Shown here: positions 1 through 9,321 of the stretch, piece after piece
How the letters are laid out: the number at the start of each line of letters is the position of its first letter
How positions within the stretch are numbered: the stretch's first letter is position 1
DNA from: Minisyncoccota bacterium
GTDB lineage: Bacteria; Patescibacteriota; Minisyncoccia; JAHIHE01; JAGLIN01
Direction: 5' to 3'
NCBI GenBank assembly: GCA_028691985.1
Contig: JAQUYG010000001.1
Span: 27,617-91,616, forward strand
DNA length: 64,000 nucleotides
Notes under the pieces: model-generated
What the model was told of the DNA's origin: nothing
The model's database searches: none
What the model saw: the letters and a program-made list of their open reading frames with translations, nothing else
Program-made: the position numbers and the translations under genes

Positions 1-1111
1 GCGCAGAAAGCGTTATGAGAAATATGTCCTTGGCACCGGCAAACTCGCCGAACTGCGCAAACTTTTTTCTCAAATACGGGAATATTTTTATTATACCGAG
101 TGCTGCCAAAAAAGACATCTGGAACCCTACATCAGAAAGTAAAAGTCGCGGATTGAAAAACAACATACCCACCGCCGCCAAAAGAAGTGCATTGATGGAA
201 TCATTAGGCCTTCCCACCTTAAGAGCCAAAAGAAGCACGAAAGACATTACACCTGCTCTGACCGCCGAAGGTGGCGACCCGCTAAAAACAACAAAAAAGG
301 CAATAAAAAACGCAGCGAGATAAAAGATTTTTCTCCGGTTTATTCCGAAATAAAGAAGAGCGGTAACGATTATAGAAACCAAAATTACCATATGCATACC
401 AGAAACGGCGATGATGTGTCTCACTCCAGTCTTGTTAAATTTCCCCAAAGTATCATCCGAGATTCCCGATTTCACGCCCAGAGTCATCGCGCTCAAAATC
501 CCAGCTTCCGGCTGCGGCAGAAGTTTGCCGACATTGCTATCCGCCTTTTCCCGCATTTTATATATTTCACCTAAAATCCCGGCAGCGGATTCTTTTCTTT
601 CTAGATTCGGATAATAAGAAATGAAGTATATATTTTTTGAAAGTAGATATTTCCGATAATCAAAATCATCGAAGCTTTCCGGCACTTTCAATTTTCCCTC
701 AAAATTCACTTCGTCCCCATAAAAATATTCACTGTAAGGACTCATGAAAGCCAACACCAAACCGTCTGAAAAATCTTCATCCTCGACCTCCACGACAACC
801 CGCAGCGTTCCGTTCTTGACCTCCGGCACCTCAACCACCCGCCCTGAAAAATTTATATTTTTATCGGTAAAATCACTGAGATTATCAGTAGAATAATCCA
901 TAACGCAAAGGGAGTACCTCATCACCCCCAAAGACAAGAAAAAAATGCACAAAAAAACAACAGAAGACCTGATGTTCGAAACAAAGATACCCGCGACACA
1001 CCCCGCCGATACCAAAAACAAAATCCACAACTCAACTTCCCAAAAAGAAGCAATTAATATTCCCAAAACAAAAGAAACGGAAGCGAGCAAAAATTTATCG
1101 CTCTTAGTCAT
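1..1111 (-). CDS. comEC: ComEC/Rec2 DNA internalisation competence protein. The N-terminal membrane and competence domains are in the window; the C-terminus lies beyond the window start.
   Basis: Manual minus-strand translation from ATG (rc of 1109-1111) gives MTKSDKFLLASVSFVLGILIASFWEV...ILGEIYKMREKADSNVGKLLPQPEAGILSAMTLGVKSGISDDTLGKFNKTGVRHIIAVSGMHMVIL...SAVRAGVMSFVLLLALKVGRPND. These are typical ComEC competence-domain motifs. The frame is open to position 1, so the ORF track missed it for lack of a stop. Confidence 0.7.
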   Translation of the reverse strand, partial: MTKSDKFLLASVSFVLGILIASFWEVELWILFLVSAGCVAGIFVSNIRSSVVFLCIFFLSLGVMRYSLCVMDYSTDNLSDFTDKNINFSGRVVEVPEVKNGTLRVVVEVEDEDFSDGLVLAFMSPYSEYFYGDEVNFEGKLKVPESFDDFDYRKYLLSKNIYFISYYPNLERKESAAGILGEIYKMREKADSNVGKLLPQPEAGILSAMTLGVKSGISDDTLGKFNKTGVRHIIAVSGMHMVILVSIIVTALLYFGINRRKIFYLAAFFIAFFVVFSGSPPSAVRAGVMSFVLLLALKVGRPNDSINALLLAAVGMLFFNPRLLLSDVGFQMSFLAALGIIKIFPYLRKKFAQFGEFAGAKDIFLITLSA

Positions 1112-1370
1112 CAATCTCAATTATTTTCTTATTACTGGTCTCACCCTTTAGTATATGAACGCGGCTTTTAGGAACATCCAGCTCCTCTGAAATAATTCTT
1201 ATAACTTCCTTATTGGCTTTGCCACCGACCGGTACCGCTCTAGTATAAATTTTAATCTCCGGCAAATCATCCTCTTTTTCTTTCATACCCAAATCCAGGC
1301 GATTCAAATTTTCCGCGCCGATCATTTCGTTTCTTGAAGATCTGGTTATGACTTTGCAGGTAAATTTCAT
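1104..1370 (-). CDS. DUF167 / YggU-family small protein
   Basis: 88 aa; ...IYTRAVPVGGKANKEVIRIISEELDVPKSRVHILKGETSNKKIIEI matches the YggU/UPF0235 pattern (VxxGKAN...KS.V.I..G.TSR.K.V.I). The stop overlaps the comEC start. Confidence 0.6.
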   Translation of the reverse strand: MKFTCKVITRSSRNEMIGAENLNRLDLGMKEKEDDLPEIKIYTRAVPVGGKANKEVIRIISEELDVPKSRVHILKGETSNKKIIEIDD

Positions 1371-1377
1371 TTCTTTT

Positions 1378-2118
1378 TTAGCTAAGAATGTTCACTTTCC
1401 AACAATATTTTTTAAGTTTGAAGGCGGCCTCTTCCAAAATTACGGGCGCATATGGTTCCACCTGTTCAAATTCTTTTTTCAGACACTTCTGCGGACGGAA
1501 AGGCTGCAAGGCATAACGGCAAAGGCTCGGCAGTATTTCTCCGTTTTTAGCGTTGATTTTCTCGGTTATTTCATCAAAATCAAGCAAAGACACGATTCCC
1601 GGCACCATCGTCGTCCTCAATTCCAATTCAGCCTTGCTTTTTGTAATCATATCCACGCTTTCCAAAACATTTTCCGCCTGTTTCGGTCCAGCGCCAAGCA
1701 GTCGATACTTCGAGAAAGCGGTCTTTATGTCGATGGCAAAATAGTCTACAAGATTTTCCTTGATAAGTCCGGCAATAATGTCTGGATTAGAACCGTTCGT
1801 ATCCAACTTGACCATAAACCCCATTTTTTTAACCTTTTTCATAAATTCCGCCAAATCCTTCTGCAATGTCGGCTCTCCACCGGTCACACAAACGCCGTCT
1901 AACTCGCCTATTCGCGATTCTAAGAACCGCAACACCTCATCTTCGACTATTATCACATTCTCGCTCCCAAACTCGCCCATTCCTGCAGAATCAACCTCTA
2001 CGATTTCTCCATTATGACAATATGGACAACGAAAATTACACCCCACGGTAAAAATCGTCGCAGCAATCTTCTCTGGATAATCCAAGCTAGTAAATTTTTG
2101 CATTCCACCGATGAGCAT
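1378..2118 (-). CDS. nrdG: Anaerobic ribonucleoside-triphosphate reductase activating protein (radical SAM)
   Basis: SLDYPEKIAATIFTVGCNFRCPYCHNGE contains the CxxxCxxC radical-SAM motif in an NrdG-type N-terminus. It lies downstream of nrdD on the same strand. Confidence 0.85.
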   Translation of the reverse strand: MLIGGMQKFTSLDYPEKIAATIFTVGCNFRCPYCHNGEIVEVDSAGMGEFGSENVIIVEDEVLRFLESRIGELDGVCVTGGEPTLQKDLAEFMKKVKKMGFMVKLDTNGSNPDIIAGLIKENLVDYFAIDIKTAFSKYRLLGAGPKQAENVLESVDMITKSKAELELRTTMVPGIVSLLDFDEITEKINAKNGEILPSLCRYALQPFRPQKCLKKEFEQVEPYAPVILEEAAFKLKKYCWKVNILS

Positions 2119-2329
2119 AAATCTTCATTAATTATGATTTCACGCGAGACCGCATAGTTGCCCCTCTCGGTCTTCCCGGTTTTAACCTATTTGCTCTTAT
2201 TTTTTAGCGCTCCCTTCGTGCCGAGCCTCATCCATTTATACAGTTAACAATCATCAACCGCCAAGCTATTATAAAGGCAGAATTACGACGAAAAAGTTTT
2301 CTAAGGGGTTAGTCCCGACGAGAGCTTTT

Positions 2330-2872
2330 TTATTTTTTATATTCCAGCTTATTCCTCAGAGGACCTACAAAATCGATAACATTATTATTAGGCAGACTAA
2401 ACTTATTGAGCAATGAAGAATAACTGAATTTATTCGGCGCCAAAATCTTTTTAAATTTATTCTGATTTATCAGATATTCCGCCAGACAATAAAAATCCCC
2501 ATCTCCCGAAACGATAACAGCGGCATTATAATTTTCATACTGGATCATTGAGTGCAAAACCATCTCTGCATCAACATTACCTTTAACTTTTCCAGTCCCC
2601 AATTCCAATGTAGACTTAAACACGCAAATATAACCGTCTTCCTGTAACTTGGTATGCATCGACTGATTTCCCGCCACGAAACCGACGAACAAGAAAGCTT
2701 TTTCAACTTTATATTTGTCCCTTAGATATATCCTGAATTTTTTATAATTAAGCTTCCACCCTGAATAAATTTTTTTACCATCTTTATTAAAAATGTCGCC
2801 TGAAACTCCTAGATATAAATTATTGCTATCAATAAAAGCATAATTTATTTTTTTTGAGATATTTTTAGACAT
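2330..2872 (-). CDS. NYN/LabA-like (PIN-fold) domain protein, predicted RNase
   Basis: 180 aa; YAFIDSNNLYLG ... AAVIVSGDGDFYCLAEYL. These are NYN/DUF88 acidic motifs. It is inserted between nrdD and nrdG. Confidence 0.7.
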   Translation of the reverse strand: MSKNISKKINYAFIDSNNLYLGVSGDIFNKDGKKIYSGWKLNYKKFRIYLRDKYKVEKAFLFVGFVAGNQSMHTKLQEDGYICVFKSTLELGTGKVKGNVDAEMVLHSMIQYENYNAAVIVSGDGDFYCLAEYLINQNKFKKILAPNKFSYSSLLNKFSLPNNNVIDFVGPLRNKLEYKK

Positions 2873-3021
2873 ATCAAATAACTATTATCTCAAACCCATA
2901 TTTTTAAAAGACAGAGCCTTTCCTTCATAATACAGCCTTGAGCATGAGAAGTAAAGAAGACAAAACAATCGGATGAAGACAAAAAAAAGAGAAAAATTAG
3001 TTTTCTCAGTTTAAAACATTA

Positions 3022-3165
3022 TTACAGTATTCCTTTTAAAGCCTCTCTACAAAAATTTCTCATCCCGAAAAAAGCTTTCATCTCTTCAGGGTGATTACAG
3101 GGGTCTTTGCACCCTTTTTCGATACAAATATCCAGTAATTCTGGAAATTTTTCCTCTTGGACCAT
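3022..3165 (-). CDS. Small Cys-rich ORF (47 aa) of unknown function
   Basis: A strong SD (AAAGGAGGG) lies 9 nt upstream of the ATG. The product is MVQEEKFPELLDICIEKGCKDPCNHPEEMKAFFGMRNFCREALKGIL with 4 Cys. It is not in the ORF track because it is under 60 aa. Confidence 0.3.
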   Translation of the reverse strand: MVQEEKFPELLDICIEKGCKDPCNHPEEMKAFFGMRNFCREALKGIL

Positions 3166-3226
3166 AGAAGAAAACCCTCCTTTTACATTTTCTGACTTCC
3201 CTTTTAAATCTTTAATTTTATATATT

Positions 3227-3256
3227 AAAAAAACGCCTCATTGCAGGCGTCTTTAT
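3227..3256 (-). terminator. Intrinsic terminator immediately after the nrdD stop
   Basis: The minus-strand reads GACGCCT-gcaatg-AGGCGTC followed by TTTTTTTAATAT. Confidence 0.7.
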
Positions 3257-3259
3257 AAA

Positions 3260-4999
3260 CTAACACGAAATTGCTGTTTTGATGTCCGGATATTTGGCAG
3301 TATCCTTTCTTGCTAACCTATAAGAAGTTCCTTCCCCGGGGGTCGCTTCCAAGTTATAAAGGTTTCCAGTCTCTTCCTGATATTTAACCATCTTATCTCT
3401 CATAAAATTCAGCACTTCTTCAGCAAAGGCAGAACCTTTTTCGCTTGCAATATTAGTTTTAGAACCGAAGAAATTGATGAGCGCCTCGTTCATTCCGATG
3501 ATTCCGATAGTGGAAAAATGGTTACCCCAATATTCACCTTTTTGTATTCTTATGTTACCCAGATAAAATTTTGAATATGGGTAAAGACCTTTTTCTGTAA
3601 ACTTTTCCAAGGCTTTTCTCTTGATTTCCAAACTCTCCTTGGCAATATCCATCAGCTTCTCCAACCTGGCCAAAAATTCTTTTTTATTCTTCGACAGATA
3701 ACCGATTCTCGGCAGATTGACAGTTACTACACCGATAGAACCCGTCATCGGATTCGCCCCAAAAAGTCCACCACCGCGCTTAAGTAGTTCGCGATTATCA
3801 AGTCTTAGCCGACAGCACATCGAGCGAGCATCCTCCGGACTCATATCGCTATTAATATAGTTGGAGAAATAAGGAATTCCGTATTTTGCCGTCATTTCCC
3901 ACAACGGTTCCAGGTTAGGATCTTCCCAATTGAAGTCTTTAGTAATATTGTAGGTTGGAACAGGAAAAGTAAACACCCTTCCGCTCGAATCACCCTCGGA
4001 CATCACATCTGCAAAAGCCTTATTAAGGATACTGATCTCTTCTCCGAAGTCTTTATATTGATCCTTCTGCGGCACACCACCGATAATAACCGCCTCATCC
4101 GCCAGAGTAGAAGGCACATTGAGATCCATTGTTATGTTTGTGAATGGCGTCTGAAAACCGACACGAGTAGGCACATTCATATTGAATAAGAACTCTTGCA
4201 TCGCCTGTCTAACCTCGCGATAGCTGAGTTGATCGTACCTGATAAATGGTGCAAGCAAGGTGTCAAAATTGGACATCGCCTGCGCTCCGGCCGCTTCACC
4301 CTGAAGCGTATAGAAAAAATTCACCAACTGACCCAATGCCGCTCTGAAGTGCTTGGGAGGAGCACTCTCCACTTTTCCTTTAACACCTCCAAATCCCCTA
4401 GTCAAAAGATCCTTCAGATCCCATCCACAACAATAGACTGACAAAAGACCCAGATCATGAATATGGAAATCTCCGTCCACATGGGCATCGCGCACCTCCG
4501 GCGGATAGATTTTTTCAATCCAATACTTTGAAGTGACGATGTTGGCGATATAATTATTGAGTCCCTGCAACGAATAGGACATATTACTATTCTCTTTCAC
4601 CTGCCAATCCATCTCATTGAGATAGTCATCAACCAAATCCAAAGAGTTCTTGAGCACTTCCTGATTCTCACGAAGCCTCCTGTGTTGCTCTCTATAGAGA
4701 ATGAAAGCTTTAGCCGTGTCTATATAATTTTCTCTTATCAGATAGTTCTCAACAATATCCTGAATTTCTTCAACCGTAGGAATCTCCGCCTTCAGCTTCC
4801 CTCCACCGTTGCGAACAGTGAATCTTTTATTTATTTCGTGCTCTATCTTTCTTGCCAAATCTTCAGCATTTCTTTTATCGCCTTCTTCCGTCGCCTTGAA
4901 TGCTTTTGCGATAACACTCACCAACTTCTTGTTATCAAATTTAACAATTCTTCCATCCCTTTTCCTGATCTGAGCCACCTTTATTTTTTTAGATTCCAT
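3260..4999 (-). CDS. nrdD: Anaerobic ribonucleoside-triphosphate reductase (class III) with ATP-cone. The C-terminal Zn-ribbon/glycyl-radical region appears to be absent.
   Basis: The likely true start is MESKKIKVAQIRKRDGRIVKFDNKKL (ATP-cone); the ORF track extends to 5095 via an upstream alternative start. NrdD hallmarks are present: ...GNHFSTIGIIGMNEALINF... and NLEATPGEGTSYRLARKDTAKYPDI. It ends with TAG at 3260-3262 right after KYPDIKTAISC. Confidence 0.85.
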   Translation of the reverse strand: MESKKIKVAQIRKRDGRIVKFDNKKLVSVIAKAFKATEEGDKRNAEDLARKIEHEINKRFTVRNGGGKLKAEIPTVEEIQDIVENYLIRENYIDTAKAFILYREQHRRLRENQEVLKNSLDLVDDYLNEMDWQVKENSNMSYSLQGLNNYIANIVTSKYWIEKIYPPEVRDAHVDGDFHIHDLGLLSVYCCGWDLKDLLTRGFGGVKGKVESAPPKHFRAALGQLVNFFYTLQGEAAGAQAMSNFDTLLAPFIRYDQLSYREVRQAMQEFLFNMNVPTRVGFQTPFTNITMDLNVPSTLADEAVIIGGVPQKDQYKDFGEEISILNKAFADVMSEGDSSGRVFTFPVPTYNITKDFNWEDPNLEPLWEMTAKYGIPYFSNYINSDMSPEDARSMCCRLRLDNRELLKRGGGLFGANPMTGSIGVVTVNLPRIGYLSKNKKEFLARLEKLMDIAKESLEIKRKALEKFTEKGLYPYSKFYLGNIRIQKGEYWGNHFSTIGIIGMNEALINFFGSKTNIASEKGSAFAEEVLNFMRDKMVKYQEETGNLYNLEATPGEGTSYRLARKDTAKYPDIKTAISC

Positions 5000-5139
5000 C
5001 GATTTGGTCTTTAACTTATTATTTTTAAAGCAAAAAATAAAAATAAAAAACTGCCTTTTTGAAAATATCAGACACCTAAATTCAAAACTTCCCAAAGGGC
5101 AGGATTTTTATTTTTGTTTTTTTATTACACAAGAAAAAA

Positions 5140-6540
5140 CTATTCAGAATCGTTTTTATTTTTATTCATCTTCTTTCGCAGAAATGCTGGAATATCATAC
5201 TCATCGTTATAAGTAATATTACTTATCTTGGATGAGAACGGTCTGCTTGGCGCAAAATCTTCTTTCTTTTCCTCAACAACCGGCTTTACTGGTGTCGGAA
5301 GAATATTTTCTTTAACTTCCTCCTTTACAGGCTCTTTTTCTATTTCTTCCTTTTTCTCTCTTACCTCTTTCTTAAATACGCTTCCAATCGAAGAAGATAG
5401 ATTTTTCTTCAAAGGAATAACTGTCGGTTTAACCTTCTCCTCAGGCTCCTTTTCTTTTTCATCTTCAAATATTTTGCTACTGCTTATTAAAACCGGCTCA
5501 GACCTAGTCATTACCGGCTCGACTGGTCTGTTCAGTGGCCTTACAAAATTAGCCTTCTGTACCGGCTCATCTGAATTCTGAAAACCCGTAGCTATTACCG
5601 TTATCTTTACTTCGCCTTTTTTCAAATCCTCATCAGTTATCGCTCCAAAAATCACTTTGGCACTAGGATCAACCGACTCGGTAATAATCTGTGCCGCCTC
5701 ATTGACCTCCATCATAGTGAGGTCAGTGCCTCCGCTTATGTTAAAGAGTATGCCTTTCGCCCCGTGAATAGAGAGCTCAAGAAGCGGACTGTTGATTGCC
5801 TGTTTAGCAGCATCCGCCGCCCGATTCTCACCCGAAGCGCGGCCGATACCCATCAACGCCGGACCCGTATTCTGCATAATCGCCTTCACATCAGCAAAAT
5901 CAACATTGACGATTCCAGGGATAGTAATAAGATCAGAAATCCCCTGTACCGCCTGTCTTAATACATCATCCACTATCTTAAAAGAATCTAGCAGTGGAGT
6001 TTTCTTATCTATTACCTGAAAAATTTTATCGTTAGGAATGGTTATGATCGTATCAACATTAGCTCTCAGATTTTTTAATCCTTCCTCAGCAATTTTCTTC
6101 CTCTGCATCCCCTCAAAAGCAAACGGCTTGGTCACCACAGCAACTGTCAAAGCTCCGGCATCTCTCGCCGCCTCGGCTATAATCGGAGCCGCACCAGTTC
6201 CGGTTCCACCTCCGAGTCCACAGGTCACAAAAACCATATCGGCATTTTTCAACGCGTCTTGAAGCTCATCTTTGTTTTCCTCAGCCGCCTGCCTCCCTAC
6301 ATCAGGATTCATTCCGGCACCAAGCCCCCTAGTTAGGTTTTTCCCGATATGTATTTTCTCTGCTATTTTGCAATGATGCAAATCTTGCGCATCAGAATTA
6401 ACAGCGATAAATTCAATGCCTTTAAGGTTTGCCTCCTGCATCCTACTGATGGCGTGGTTTCCACTACCACCGACTCCTACAACTTTTATTCGAGCGAATG
6501 TCTCCAGCTCTGGTTTTATCTCTTTCATATATTTAAACAA
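5140..6540 (-). CDS. ftsZ: Cell division GTPase FtsZ with long E/K/P-rich C-terminal linker
   Basis: The tubulin signature [14 protein letters not shown] is present, with [11 protein letters not shown] at the N-terminus. The C-terminal DIPAFLRKK peptide is conserved. Confidence 0.95.
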   Translation of the reverse strand: MFKYMKEIKPELETFARIKVVGVGGSGNHAISRMQEANLKGIEFIAVNSDAQDLHHCKIAEKIHIGKNLTRGLGAGMNPDVGRQAAEENKDELQDALKNADMVFVTCGLGGGTGTGAAPIIAEAARDAGALTVAVVTKPFAFEGMQRKKIAEEGLKNLRANVDTIITIPNDKIFQVIDKKTPLLDSFKIVDDVLRQAVQGISDLITIPGIVNVDFADVKAIMQNTGPALMGIGRASGENRAADAAKQAINSPLLELSIHGAKGILFNISGGTDLTMMEVNEAAQIITESVDPSAKVIFGAITDEDLKKGEVKITVIATGFQNSDEPVQKANFVRPLNRPVEPVMTRSEPVLISSSKIFEDEKEKEPEEKVKPTVIPLKKNLSSSIGSVFKKEVREKKEEIEKEPVKEEVKENILPTPVKPVVEEKKEDFAPSRPFSSKISNITYNDEYDIPAFLRKKMNKNKNDSE

Positions 6541-6605
6541 CTTATACGCTTATATCCCTATAATAACTTTTTTAGAAAAATCACGCAAGGTAAAAAAAGA
6601 GTCTA

Positions 6606-7847
6606 TTACGGCAACAAAGCCTTAAAAATTCCTTTGATTTTCTTACCGAGATTTCCTAATTTCACGCTTCCTCCTCTATCTGCATAAAAAAGCCCATTAT
6701 CATCAGCCTCCCACATAACAAGTCCGACAGCAGTTGCAAATTCAGGATCATCAATCCTGTCCACCACACCATTCATCTCTGCAGGGTAACCAATCTGTGA
6801 AGGAAGTCTGAGAATCTTTTTGGCAAGATTTACTATGCCCTGCATCTTCGCACCACCACCTACCAAGACTGCTCCTGCAGGAAGCATTCCGCTCTTATCC
6901 ATTTTCCTAAGCTCATCATCAACCATAGAAAAAATCTCTTCAACCCGCGCCTCTATGATTTCCGCAATATAGTGTCGTTTAAAAATTCCTTCTTCACTTG
7001 AGTCTATTTCTTGAAGATCAATCTCTTCCTGTTTATCTACCTCTGAAGCCATTGCATTACCATACTCCAATTTTATTTTTTCTGCCACATCTATCGAGGT
7101 TCGAAGTCCGATAGCGATATCATTCGTGATATGTCCCGCCCCGACCGGAATCACCGCGGTTCCCAGCATATTACCGTCTTCATAGACCACGATACCTGTC
7201 GTCTCTTTTCCGATATCAATCACCACAACCCCGAGCTCCCTCTGCTTGCGGGACAAGACAGACTTGGCCGCTGCGATAGGAGCAAAAATCATATCATCGA
7301 TATCGATTCCGCATCTCTGCTGGACACATTTCTCGATGTTCTTGATGAAAGGAGCTGCCCCTTGGATCAAAAGTGCGTTTATCTCAAGACGAACTCCGTT
7401 CATACCAACAGGAGACTTGATCTGCTCCTGACCATCCACGGTATAACCACACGGAAAGACATTTATGATTTCCTTATTAGTAGGAACAGAAATCGCCTGT
7501 GCGGCATTCATAACTCGATTAACATCCTCTTCGCTTATTTCCCCATCCGCCCGAGAAACCGCAACTACTCCCTTGGAAAATTGCGAAGAGATATGCTTAC
7601 CGTTTATACTCACAAAAGCATGTTCAACTGGAACCCCCGCGATTCTCTCGGCTTCCTCTTTGGATTTATTAATAGCGTTAATCGTATCTTCGATATCAAC
7701 AATGACACCATTACTAATTCCACAAGAAGGCACCACTCCTACACCGAGGACAAGCGGACTAGAATCATCTCCCTGAATTTGAGCTACAACGGTTCTTACC
7801 TGACCTGCTCCGAGATCAAGTCCTATGATTATGTTTTCTTTTGACAT
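6606..7847 (-). CDS. ftsA: Cell division protein FtsA (actin-like ATPase)
   Basis: 413 aa; IIGLDLGAGQVRTVVAQ ... GGGAKMQGIV. It is immediately upstream of ftsZ on the same strand. Confidence 0.9.
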   Translation of the reverse strand: MSKENIIIGLDLGAGQVRTVVAQIQGDDSSPLVLGVGVVPSCGISNGVIVDIEDTINAINKSKEEAERIAGVPVEHAFVSINGKHISSQFSKGVVAVSRADGEISEEDVNRVMNAAQAISVPTNKEIINVFPCGYTVDGQEQIKSPVGMNGVRLEINALLIQGAAPFIKNIEKCVQQRCGIDIDDMIFAPIAAAKSVLSRKQRELGVVVIDIGKETTGIVVYEDGNMLGTAVIPVGAGHITNDIAIGLRTSIDVAEKIKLEYGNAMASEVDKQEEIDLQEIDSSEEGIFKRHYIAEIIEARVEEIFSMVDDELRKMDKSGMLPAGAVLVGGGAKMQGIVNLAKKILRLPSQIGYPAEMNGVVDRIDDPEFATAVGLVMWEADDNGLFYADRGGSVKLGNLGKKIKGIFKALLP

Positions 7848-7962
7848 GAAGCCTTTTGTTTAAAGATAACTTTTTATTTGAAAATTTGAAAAAAAGAAAA
7901 AACAGCACCTCATAACCATTATAGTATATTTTTTAAAAAACAAAAAGGGTCTTTAAAAAATA

Positions 7963-8322
7963 TTACCCCATCCCTAAATATGGTAGAAAAATGACCGCTC
8001 CGACGAGCAGTGACCCCAAGCAAGCAAGCAGCACTGCGCCCGCCATCATATCCTTCACGACCTTCGCATAGGGATGCATGCGCGGGTTCTGTATATCGAT
8101 CATTCTCTCAAAAATCGTATTGATTATTTCCAGTACCAGCACCAATAGAATCGTCAATATGAGTACAGCTGATTCCCAACCAGAAATATTAAACACAAAA
8201 GCCATAAACATCGCCCCACAACCGAGAAAAATTTCTATCTGAAAATTCGACTCTCTCATCGCATACCTGAGTCCGTTCAAAGCGTGCTTTAAACTTTTTA
8301 TAAATCTCTTCAATTTTGGCAT
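7963..8322 (-). CDS. dgkA: Diacylglycerol kinase / undecaprenol kinase family membrane protein
   Basis: 119 aa with 3 TM helices; it resembles the DgkA family (…LEIINTIFERMIDIQNP…). Confidence 0.7.
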   Translation of the reverse strand: MPKLKRFIKSLKHALNGLRYAMRESNFQIEIFLGCGAMFMAFVFNISGWESAVLILTILLVLVLEIINTIFERMIDIQNPRMHPYAKVVKDMMAGAVLLACLGSLLVGAVIFLPYLGMG

Positions 8323-8327
8323 ATTTT

Positions 8328-8768
8328 TTATTTATACAACATTTTCAGAACCGCGGTTTCTTTCTTGTTCATTATACCATAATCTTTGTCACTTATATGA
8401 TCATATCCGAGTAGATGGAAAAGCCCGTGCACAAAAAGTATATCTATCTCTTTTTTCAAAGAATGTTTCTTCTCACGCGCCTGCCTCTCCGCCCTCTTGA
8501 TACATATAAAAATTTCCCCCAGATAAACTACCCCATCTTGCGGACCCACAAATCCCCCGCCTTCGCCTTCGAAAGAAATGACATCAGTCACCCTATCGAC
8601 GCCACGATATTCACGATTGATATCTCTTATCCTCTTCTCGCCGACAAAAACCAGGCTGACTTCAGCCTTACCGCAAAATTTTTCCTCCTTGAAAACTTTT
8701 TCCATCACGATTTCCAAAGACCTGCCATCAATTTTCTTCTTTGTAAAATTTCTGATTAAGAGGCTCAT
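8328..8768 (-). CDS. ybeY: rRNA maturation endoribonuclease YbeY
   Basis: The motif HGLFHLLGYDH (H..H..GYDH metal site) is present. Confidence 0.85.
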   Translation of the reverse strand: MSLLIRNFTKKKIDGRSLEIVMEKVFKEEKFCGKAEVSLVFVGEKRIRDINREYRGVDRVTDVISFEGEGGGFVGPQDGVVYLGEIFICIKRAERQAREKKHSLKKEIDILFVHGLFHLLGYDHISDKDYGIMNKKETAVLKMLYK

Positions 8769-8840
8769 CTCATGAAATAAATTAAAAAACCTTATTGAGA
8801 ATTTTCCTGTCTAACGCTTTAAACATAAAAAAGCTTCGAC

Positions 8841-9287
8841 CTATCCGATCAAAGTCTTTTTTACGATTCCGCTGACAAGATTTCCATCTGCTTTGCCTTC
8901 AGCCTCTTTCATAACAGCTTTCATAACCAAACCGAAGTTTTTGACTTCAGTATCGTTCATTCCGGCGATTACTTTTTTGACGATAGACTCAACCTCGGAT
9001 TCCCCCATCTGCTCAGGCATATACTCTTCCAGAACTGCCACCTCTGCCTTTTCTTTCTCCGCGAGATCTTCTCTTCCGCCCTTTGAAAACTGCTCAATAG
9101 AATCTTTTCTGCTCTTGATATTTTTCTTTACAATCGCAACCACATCACCGTCTTCAAGAGTTTTCTGCTTACTTATGATTTCATTCTTGATGTTGGAATT
9201 GATACCTCTCAGTACCTCTACCTTGAATTTATCACCGCCTTTCATCGCAGCTTTTAGGTCTTCCTTGATTTTCTCTTCTATTTTCAT
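8841..9287 (-). CDS. GatB/YqeY domain protein
   Basis: 148 aa; KAAMKGGDKFKVEVLRGINSNIKN ... VKKVIAGMNDTEVKNFGLVMKAVMKEAEGKADGNLV is typical of YqeY. Confidence 0.8.
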   Translation of the reverse strand: MKIEEKIKEDLKAAMKGGDKFKVEVLRGINSNIKNEIISKQKTLEDGDVVAIVKKNIKSRKDSIEQFSKGGREDLAEKEKAEVAVLEEYMPEQMGESEVESIVKKVIAGMNDTEVKNFGLVMKAVMKEAEGKADGNLVSGIVKKTLIG

Positions 9288-9321
9288 AAGCGAAATAAAA
9301 TTATAAAATCACCCGAGAAGA

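Noticed and set aside
15-1151. Plus-strand ORFs (15..323, 392..574, 411..614, 945..1151) at the window start
   Set aside because: They lie antisense to a long, convincing minus-strand ComEC reading frame that runs off the window. They have no motifs and no SD sites, and are typical shadow ORFs.
2119-2329. Possible 3' exon of nrdD or a riboswitch in the nrdG leader. On the minus strand, ACCGAGAGGGGCAAC loosely resembles a glycine-riboswitch core.
   Set aside because: All three minus-strand frames have stops and no Zn-ribbon or G-Y motif. The riboswitch resemblance is a single short motif without the flanking conserved helices. I cannot support either idea.
1348-7844. Many 60-240 aa ORFs antisense to nrdG, nrdD, ftsZ and ftsA (e.g. 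1348..1902, 5228..5581, 7131..7844)
   Set aside because: They overlap well-supported genes on the opposite strand. Their translations are low-complexity or Ser/Leu-rich, which is typical of antisense frames. None has an SD site.
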